Assembly (NCBI GenBank): GCA_043822705.1
Contig: JBDRBK010000181.1
Location: 1-12,661, forward strand
Source: Fidelibacterota bacterium
Lineage (GTDB): Bacteria; Fidelibacterota; Marinisomatia; Marinisomatales; TCS56
Reading direction: 5' to 3'
DNA: 12,661 bases
Shown: one piece after another, positions 6,663-12,661 of the stretch
Layout: every line of letters begins with the position of its first letter
How positions within the stretch are numbered: the first letter of the stretch is position 1
Notes under the pieces: model-generated
What the model was told of the DNA's origin: nothing
The model's input: the letters and a program-made list of their open reading frames with translations, nothing else
Database searches by the model: none
Program-made: the position numbers and the translations under genes

Positions 6663-7928
6663 CTACTTCCCGAATATTTCCCAGAGCATCCACTTCAGGA
6701 AATTATCAATATCCTGATCGGGACTGTTTTTCTTATCCCGGATGGTTCGTTCAACCACGGTCGCATGCTTTTTATAGCCTTCCTGCGAAAGCAGTCCGAT
6801 CGGCCCGTCGTAGATTCCGCCATGGATAAAGCCGTCATATACACGGACGGCAATTACATTGTCACCGGTGGGGTTGATAAATTCCGGTGGCAGGTAATGG
6901 ACCCTGAATATTTGCCATTCCATATTGCTTAGAGGTCGAAATTCAGCCTCTTCGATAAAATCACTGTCGCCAATCAGATGGCCGTTGAAATAGACCACGG
7001 CATAATCGTCAATCATTCCCAGCATGACAACCAGTTTTTTGTCCTGCAGGACCGCGTCGATGGTAACGTGCTTGCGGTACCAGGCATAGCCGTCATAATC
7101 CGGATATCCCTGAAATTCCCAAGGGGAAGGAGCATATATTTCATTCCAATTGGCGTCATCATAATCTGGTTCAGCATATTTCATTCGATCACCAATCCGG
7201 AACTTCCAGTCACCGCTCAGGTCCTGTTCCGGTATGATTTCATTGGTGTTGACATACAGACCTTGTTTTCCGCGGACAATGCCGCCCGACAACCGCAGGT
7301 CGTAAACACGAACAGCAATTGTATTTTCACCGGAAAAGTTCAGGTAGCGTCGGGGGATCAGATAGCGTCTCAGAAAATACTCCCGTCCTTCTTCAAACGG
7401 TGGGAAACTTCCGGTACGCCCGATAAAATGACCGTTTATGTAGACATCGTCCATGTCATCAATATAACCGAGATATAAATAGACCTGTTTACCGCCGAGA
7501 TCGGAATTTATTTCGAATTTCCGACGATACCAGCCATAGCCGTCATAGCCGGGGAAACCTTCGTCCTCCCAGGCACCGGGGACGAATACTTCACTCCAGT
7601 TACTGTCATCATATTGTGGTTGGGATCTGGATCGATTATCACCGGTTTCGAATTTCCAGGTACCCCGTAGATCGACAACCCGTTTAAGTTCGTAATTACG
7701 CAGACCGCCGTTGCCCTGGAAAAAGATCAGATCCTTATCGTCTGGTTTACTATCATTGACCGGCGCTGGTTTGGGACTGGAATAGCGAATTGCGGCATTT
7801 GGATCAGTCTGGGAGTGGAGGCAGGAGAGCACCAGAAGCAGGCCGGCGTAAAGCACCCATGACGGTCGCAGTACGGCCACGGCTGACACGGTTTTATTGT
7901 TATCCGGGATCATTTCGCTTTTCCGCAT
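6663..7928 (-). CDS. Exported protein with two tandem beta-galactosidase/GH2-type jelly-roll sugar-binding domains and no catalytic domain
   Basis: Hydrophobic N-terminal segment (VLYAGLLLVLSC). Two repeats 'DLxGxWKF..GD...P.YDD.NW....P..WE..G.P.YDGY.WYR...LG.IDD....Y.NGH.IG...N.IAVRVYD....GGI..G' offset by 150 aa. The ATG overlaps the regulator stop (TAATG). Confidence 0.85.
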   Translation of the reverse strand: MRKSEMIPDNNKTVSAVAVLRPSWVLYAGLLLVLSCLHSQTDPNAAIRYSSPKPAPVNDSKPDDKDLIFFQGNGGLRNYELKRVVDLRGTWKFETGDNRSRSQPQYDDSNWSEVFVPGAWEDEGFPGYDGYGWYRRKFEINSDLGGKQVYLYLGYIDDMDDVYINGHFIGRTGSFPPFEEGREYFLRRYLIPRRYLNFSGENTIAVRVYDLRLSGGIVRGKQGLYVNTNEIIPEQDLSGDWKFRIGDRMKYAEPDYDDANWNEIYAPSPWEFQGYPDYDGYAWYRKHVTIDAVLQDKKLVVMLGMIDDYAVVYFNGHLIGDSDFIEEAEFRPLSNMEWQIFRVHYLPPEFINPTGDNVIAVRVYDGFIHGGIYDGPIGLLSQEGYKKHATVVERTIRDKKNSPDQDIDNFLKWMLWEIFGK

Positions 7929-8614
7929 TAAAACACCAATTTGTACCCGATTCCATGGACGGTCAGAATAATGGAAGGAGTTTTCGGCTCCGGTTCCAGT
8001 TTTTGCCGCAGCTTGAGAATAAAATTGTCTACTGTTCTGGTCGTGATCATTTCATCATACCCCCAAACCTCATCCAGTAACCGTCCGCGACTGACTGTTT
8101 CATTGCGATGTTTCAGCAGGCATTTGATTATTTCGAATTCCTTATGGGTCATTGGCACCGAGGTGTCACCCTCCCAGGCGTTGTAGCCGGCTAAATCGAC
8201 CCTTAACCGCCCGATCGTGACCGGACCGTCATCAGCTACGGTTTTAGCGGGGAATCGCCGTAAAACCGCCTTCACCCGCGCCAGGACTTCACGGATACTG
8301 AAGGGTTTGGTAATATAGTCGTCGGCGCCCAGTTCCAGACCCAGTACCCGGTCGATTTCTTCCCCCTTGGCCGTCAGCATGATCACCGGCGTGCGGATTC
8401 CTTCGGCATGAATTTTCTGGCACAGATCGAACCCGGTCATTTTCGGCATCATCACGTCGAGCAGGATCAGATCAAAGCGTTCTTTCCGCAGCAGTTCGTA
8501 GCCCTGCTGACCGTCGATGGCACAACTGACTTCGTAGCCTTCGAATTCCAGGTTATCCTGGAGACCCAGCCGCATCTGCGGTTCATCGTCAATTACCAGG
8601 ATTCTATTAGCCAT
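7928..8614 (-). CDS. OmpR/PhoB-family DNA-binding response regulator
   Basis: Receiver domain (VIDDE, LLDVMMP phospho-Asp, MLTA, KPF) plus a winged helix (LLDEVWG, RTVDNFI..LRQKL, TVHGIGY). The start overlaps the kinase stop (TGATG). Confidence 0.96.
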   Translation of the reverse strand: MANRILVIDDEPQMRLGLQDNLEFEGYEVSCAIDGQQGYELLRKERFDLILLDVMMPKMTGFDLCQKIHAEGIRTPVIMLTAKGEEIDRVLGLELGADDYITKPFSIREVLARVKAVLRRFPAKTVADDGPVTIGRLRVDLAGYNAWEGDTSVPMTHKEFEIIKCLLKHRNETVSRGRLLDEVWGYDEMITTRTVDNFILKLRQKLEPEPKTPSIILTVHGIGYKLVF

Positions 8615-10191
8615 CAGTCCTCCTTTTGGTCGACCGTTTCGGGAAAAATCAGCCGGAAGCGGCTACCTTTCCCGACATCGCTGGTCAGTTCGATACTGCC
8701 CCGGTGAGCATCCATGATGTATTTTACCAGTGTCAATCCCAGACCGCTGCCGGTTTTGCCAATCGTCTGATCATTCCTGATCCGATAGAATTTTTCAAAG
8801 ATTTTTTTCCGGTTATCAATCGATATACCGGTTCCCCGATCGGCTACTTCCAGGAATGGCCGTCGGCCGGCAGCGCCGGTTCGTACCGTAATCAAACGTT
8901 CCTGATCGCTGTATTTGATGGCATTGTCCAGTAGATTGATCAGCGCTTCCACCAGGGCATCACGGTCGGCATTGATAATTAGCTCGCGGTCACTGAATTC
9001 AGTCACCAGGTGGAATCCGTTATTCTCCAGATGAAATTTGTAAAAATCCAGTGTTTCATCAACCAGGCGGCTCAGCTCCAGATACTTGAAATTATATTGT
9101 TTTTTATTGGCTTCGATCTGGGAAAAATCAAGAATTTTATTAATGATTTGGGCCAATCGCTCGCTCTCCCGGCGGATAATCGTGACATATTGCCGGCTTT
9201 TTTCCGCTGACTTGACCCGGCCCAGCTCCATCGTCTCGGCGAACATGCGGATCAACGCCAGTGGCGTTCGCAGTTCATGGGAAACATTGGAAACAAAATC
9301 GGTCTTCATCCGGGACAATTCCAGCTCTTTGCGAACGTTCCGATACAGAAACCAGACTGCGAAGAAGAGTGCCAGATCGAGCGCGACGATCAGAGTCATG
9401 CTGCGATAGTAGCGCTGCCGGGCCAGCGCCTCGATGCTGGTTCCGCGCATGCGAATGCCGAGACGGTGGTCGGGAAACAGCCAGATATTTTTTGACAGGG
9501 TCATTTCCAGTGCTGTCGTCAGCTCTTCGCTGGAGAAAATCGGTTCCGGTCTACCGGATTTATAGACTGCCAGAAGAAATTCATCGCGGGCGGTATCGAG
9601 TATTTTCGGCCGCAGGATATCGATAATAAATTCATCAATATTGACGATCAGTCCCGTGATCAGTGGCTCATTCCGTTGATTGTTCACGACGAACAGCAGA
9701 ATTGTCATATTAGCAGACAGACCCAGCTCAGCCGGCGGCGTCAGCGATTCGATTTTAATATAATCGGCCCGGTACTTCAGAATGAGATCTTCAATCAGTG
9801 CCGGTTGTCGTCTCAGGCAGGCGATTAGTTGCTCCGGTTCCAAGGGTAATGAACCAGTACGAACAATTTGCTGAAACTGGTCGCTGATGTATAAAGTGTC
9901 GGTTAAAAAAACAGTGGTCACCGAACGGTTTTTGTGCAAAAAATTCAGTAAATCGGATTGGCGAAGATTAATTTCACGGGCGACGATCCGATTCAGCGTT
10001 GTGCTCCAGCTTTGCACGGTATCCCAAGCATACTGATTGACCGAAAACAGGACGGCGTCGAGCTGTTGCGTATAAATGTCCTGAATCAGGACCTCCGTTT
10101 CCGACAGTACCGTAAATTCATAGGCGGTGTAAAACAGTGTCGGTAATATCACCAGGACGATCAGCACCAGCATGAATTTTTTCAAGCGCAA
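8614..10191 (-). CDS. Membrane sensor histidine kinase (2 TM, large extracytoplasmic domain, HisKA + HATPase)
   Basis: Two TM helices. H-box 'FVSNVSHELRTPL', N-box 'NLLDNAIKY', G1 'DRGTGI', F 'IFEKFYR', G2 'GSGLGL'. TTG start preceded by GGAG. Confidence 0.95.
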   Translation of the reverse strand: MRLKKFMLVLIVLVILPTLFYTAYEFTVLSETEVLIQDIYTQQLDAVLFSVNQYAWDTVQSWSTTLNRIVAREINLRQSDLLNFLHKNRSVTTVFLTDTLYISDQFQQIVRTGSLPLEPEQLIACLRRQPALIEDLILKYRADYIKIESLTPPAELGLSANMTILLFVVNNQRNEPLITGLIVNIDEFIIDILRPKILDTARDEFLLAVYKSGRPEPIFSSEELTTALEMTLSKNIWLFPDHRLGIRMRGTSIEALARQRYYRSMTLIVALDLALFFAVWFLYRNVRKELELSRMKTDFVSNVSHELRTPLALIRMFAETMELGRVKSAEKSRQYVTIIRRESERLAQIINKILDFSQIEANKKQYNFKYLELSRLVDETLDFYKFHLENNGFHLVTEFSDRELIINADRDALVEALINLLDNAIKYSDQERLITVRTGAAGRRPFLEVADRGTGISIDNRKKIFEKFYRIRNDQTIGKTGSGLGLTLVKYIMDAHRGSIELTSDVGKGSRFRLIFPETVDQKED

Positions 10192-10230
10192 TTGAGATTC
10201 TCCAATGTAAGCTCTGTTATTCCAGGAGAA

Positions 10231-10259
10231 AGGTTAATTAGAATCCGGCTCAGAATCAA
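10231..10259 (-). promoter_or_regulatory. Putative sigma70-type promoter for the kinase operon
   Basis: Minus strand TTGATT (10259-10254), 17-bp spacer, TAACCT (10236-10231). Confidence 0.3.
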
Positions 10260-10286
10260 AGAAAAACGGCCTGTTGTCGGAAGCCG
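10258..10286 (-). terminator. Rho-independent terminator after the TonB-domain gene
   Basis: Minus strand CGGCTT-ccgacaac-AGGCCG stem-loop followed by TTTTTCTTT, 3 nt after the stop codon. Confidence 0.6.
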
Positions 10287-10289
10287 GCA

Positions 10290-10745
10290 TTACTGCGCCT
10301 TGAAAACCACCGGGATGTACATGCCGACCGCCACCGGATGTCCTTCGCGAACAGCGGCCTGCCACTTTACTTTTCTGATGGCCGTCAGCGCCGCAGCATC
10401 GAACCCGGTTCCTGGAACGCCCTGGATAACCGATATCTTCTCAACATCGCCCCGGCTGTTAATATACGCCCAGACTACAACGGTTGCGTCGTGTGTAATC
10501 CGGCCGTCATTTTCCGGGTAAACAATATTGTCACCGATAGCCGCATAACCGCCGATCGGCTGGGGCAGTCGTTCAAGTAGCAGCTCCTGATATTCACGGA
10601 CTACTTTCTCCGGATCGCTTTTTTTAATTTCCGTCAGCGCCGCCATTTCTGCCGTTGGTTTGGCGGGATTGCCCAGGGCACTCAGATTAGCACAAAGCAA
10701 TAATCCGGCACCGGCCAGGATCAGTTGATTAATTCTTGTTTTCAT
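10290..10745 (-). CDS. TonB C-terminal domain protein with signal peptide
   Basis: 'PQPIGGYAAIGDNIVYPE...VVVWAYINSRGDV..ISVIQG...GFDAAALTAIRKVKW..A...G.PVAVGMYIPVVF' is a TonB_C pattern. Start at ATG 10745, with a strong AAGGAGG RBS at 10758-10752. Confidence 0.85.
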   Translation of the reverse strand: MKTRINQLILAGAGLLLCANLSALGNPAKPTAEMAALTEIKKSDPEKVVREYQELLLERLPQPIGGYAAIGDNIVYPENDGRITHDATVVVWAYINSRGDVEKISVIQGVPGTGFDAAALTAIRKVKWQAAVREGHPVAVGMYIPVVFKAQ

Positions 10746-10798
10746 TGATTGCCTCCTTAGGATTTTCTGTTTCATGTTCCTGGTAAATATTACCGGTC

Positions 10799-10848
10799 AG
10801 ATTATTACCAAGGGTCACGCTGTTGTAAGCAGTTGTAAAAAATTGTCA
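10799..10848 (-). promoter_or_regulatory. Tandem direct repeats (OmpR-family-like box) overlapping the putative -35 region of the TonB-domain gene
   Basis: Plus strand TTGTAA (10823-10828), TTGTAA (10833-10838) and TTGTCA (10843-10848) with exact 10-bp period. Candidate -10 TAATCT on the minus strand (10804-10799) lies 18 bp from the proximal repeat. Confidence 0.5.
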
Positions 10849-10939
10849 TGATCGACAAATTCGGGCCGCTTTAACAGCAGGCTGAATTGGTTTTTCCAAT
10901 TGGCGTAATTAGCGGTGGAATCAATGAAAGGATAGCAGG

Positions 10940-11761
10940 ATGTCAAAACAGGGTGGAACTGCGCTGGTTACCGGCGCATCACGCGGGATTGGTCGGTATA
11001 TTGCACGAACTTTAGCCCGAAAAGGATATAATCTAGCCCTCGTAGCGCGCTCGAAATCCGGCCTGGCGCAGACCAAGGAGGAAAGTGCTGGTTTTGGAAC
11101 CAAAATCTGGACTTTTCCCTTCGATCTGCTGGAAATTAAAAAAATCGGTGAACTATATCTGGAAATCATCAACCTGGTCGGCAACCTGGATGTGATTGTT
11201 AATAACGCCGGGATCGAAATCTATCGTCGCTTCCAGGATTTTTCGACGGAAGAAATCTCAAATATCATCAATCTAAACCTGCTGGCTCCCATGGAACTGA
11301 CCAGGAAGGTTCTGCCACGCATGCTCAACCGGGACTACGGCCGGATAATCAATATCGCTTCGCTGGGCGGGAAGAAGGGTGAAGCATTCAATTCGCCTTA
11401 CACCGCCAGCAAAGCCGGTCTGATCATGTGGAGTGACAGCCTGCGCCAGGAATTGCATGGAACCGGTGTAAAAGTCGTGGTGATCTGCCCGGGATTCATC
11501 GCCGAAGCTGGTATGTTCCATGACATCCGGGGTGAAGTGCCGCCATTGCTGGGCACTTCCAGTCCGCAGGCTGTGGCCGATGCGGTAATTGCCGGGTTGA
11601 AGGGTAATCGGCCGGAGATTATCGTCAACCAGGGTCCGATGAAACCGTTACTGGCGCTGGGTCAAATATCGCCGGCGCTGGGCGACCGGATCGTACGCTG
11701 GTTCAAGGTCCCGGATCTGAGCCGGAAACGGATCAACAGCAAATCGGGAAAGCCGGCATGA
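10940..11761 (+). CDS. Classical short-chain dehydrogenase/reductase (SDR)
   Basis: TGASRGIG, VARS (basic residue suggesting NADP), NNAG, IINIAS, YTASK catalytic motif, ICPG. Confidence 0.93.
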   Translation: MSKQGGTALVTGASRGIGRYIARTLARKGYNLALVARSKSGLAQTKEESAGFGTKIWTFPFDLLEIKKIGELYLEIINLVGNLDVIVNNAGIEIYRRFQDFSTEEISNIINLNLLAPMELTRKVLPRMLNRDYGRIINIASLGGKKGEAFNSPYTASKAGLIMWSDSLRQELHGTGVKVVVICPGFIAEAGMFHDIRGEVPPLLGTSSPQAVADAVIAGLKGNRPEIIVNQGPMKPLLALGQISPALGDRIVRWFKVPDLSRKRINSKSGKPA

Positions 11762-12441
11762 AAACAGCATTCATCACCGGTGCCAATCGTGGTTTGGGAC
11801 TCGAATTCGTCCGGCAACTGACTGCTAAAAATTACCGTGTTTTCGCTGGTTGCCGGCGGCCGGATCGCGCCGGGCGGTTGGCTGAGTTGATCCCGGCCGA
11901 ACAGCTGCTTGCCATTGATATTAGCGATCCATCGTCAATAAATACGGCTTGTGGGCTGCTACTGGAACGAACTGCCGTCCTTTCGCTGTTAATCAATAAT
12001 GCCGGGATCGGCGGCGAAGCGGATCAATCCCTGGAAGCAGTGGACTACAATCTGGCGCTGGCGACCTTCAAGACCAATACACTGGGACCGTTACAGGTCA
12101 CACGGCACCTGTTGCCGGCGTTGACCAGCGGCACTGTAATCGCCAATATTTCTTCGCGAATGGGATCGGTCGCTGATAATGGCTCGGGTGGTTATTACGG
12201 TTTACGCCTCAGTAAAGCGGCCTTGAACATGGTATCGAAAAATATAAGTCTGGAATTGGCCGGACGTGGAATTATTGTTCTGAATCTGCACCCGGGCTGG
12301 GTGCGAACCGACATGGGCGGGCCTGATGCTCCGTTGACGGTATCCGAATCGATAGCCGGGATGTTGCAGGTCATCGACCAAGCCGGTATTGCTGACAGTG
12401 GCAAATTCATCGATTACCGGGGGAACGAACTGCCCTGGTGA
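11758..12441 (+). CDS. SDR oxidoreductase, C-factor (CsgA)/sniffer-like subgroup
   Basis: TGANRGLGLE, LINNAGI, NISSRMGS, SKAALN, LHPGWVRTDMGG and C-terminal 'LPW'. ATGA overlap with the upstream SDR. The canonical YxxxK reads LRLSK. Confidence 0.9.
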   Translation: MKTAFITGANRGLGLEFVRQLTAKNYRVFAGCRRPDRAGRLAELIPAEQLLAIDISDPSSINTACGLLLERTAVLSLLINNAGIGGEADQSLEAVDYNLALATFKTNTLGPLQVTRHLLPALTSGTVIANISSRMGSVADNGSGGYYGLRLSKAALNMVSKNISLELAGRGIIVLNLHPGWVRTDMGGPDAPLTVSESIAGMLQVIDQAGIADSGKFIDYRGNELPW

Positions 12442-12555
12442 ACACCGCCGGCAGGCCTATCAATGACCGATAAAAACTGTTGTGCGGTGGCGCCTTCCCT
12501 CTGTAAGCTTGAACAGAGCCAACAGCTCATAAAGCTTTTTTACACCATTTCGCAT

Positions 12556-12660
12556 TTCATCCAGAAGGGTTGAGGGATTAGGCCCGTAGACGCCCTGGCA
12601 ACCACCCTGAAAAGGGGAAGGTGCCAATTCCTACCTCGACATGAGTCGAGGAAAGATGAA
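12556..12660 (+). ncRNA. SAM-I (S-box) riboswitch aptamer
   Basis: P1 TTCATC/GATGAA. J1/2 CAGA. P2 AGGGT/GCCCT with kink-turn TGA-GGG...CCC-gtaGA. L2 ATTAGG can pseudoknot with CCAAT. P3 GGCAACC...GGTGCC with a CCCT-GAAA-AGGG cap. P4 CCTCGAC-atga-GTCGAGG. Confidence 0.92.
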
Positions 12661-12661
12661 T

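Noticed and set aside
6663..7928. Beta-galactosidase or sialate O-acetylesterase call
   Set aside because: Only the two jelly-roll domains are present, with no catalytic domain.
10746..10775. Upstream ATG (10775) for the TonB-domain gene
   Set aside because: The AAGGAGG RBS sits just before ATG 10745, which gives a normal signal peptide.
624..12410. Many antisense or out-of-frame ORFs (e.g. 624-968, 978-1508, 3555-3944, 6978-7478, 9261-9626, 10192-10521, 11273-11521)
   Set aside because: They overlap well-supported genes and show no recognisable motifs, so they are shadow ORFs.
12505..12541. AAGCTT...GAGC-caaca-GCTC...AAGCTT-TTT hairpin as a terminator for the SDR pair
   Set aside because: The stem is interrupted by a large internal loop and is weak; the region could equally hold the riboswitch promoter.
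1..12661. CRISPR array, IS/transposase, integrase, tRNA or rRNA
   Set aside because: No regularly spaced repeats, recombinase or transposase motifs, or structural RNA signatures other than the SAM-I riboswitch were seen.

Overview
Bacterial genomic window, probably from a diderm FCB-group-like lineage (inferred from two proteins with 'NYPNPFN/NWPNPFN' T9SS/FlgD-type C-terminal sorting domains). It has three blocks. (1) Plus strand, 1-6632: a 5'-truncated secreted protein, an M14 (AstE/AspA-like) zinc-hydrolase lipoprotein, a poly-gamma-glutamate synthesis cassette pgsB(capB)-pgsC(capC)-pgsW with no pgsA/capA or capD visible, and a large secreted phosphodiester-glycosidase (NAGPA/DUF2233) protein. 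A 15-bp near-perfect direct repeat brackets pgsBCW, and a 25-codon ORF exactly fills the gap between the M14 gene and pgsB. (2) Minus strand, 6663-10745: a stand-alone TonB C-terminal-domain protein with OmpR-like tandem repeats upstream, then a translationally coupled sensor kinase, OmpR-family regulator and non-catalytic tandem jelly-roll sugar-binding protein. (3) Plus strand, 10940-12661: two coupled SDR oxidoreductases (the second lacks the canonical catalytic Tyr) and a complete SAM-I riboswitch aptamer at the window edge. No mobile element, CRISPR array, tRNA or rRNA was seen.
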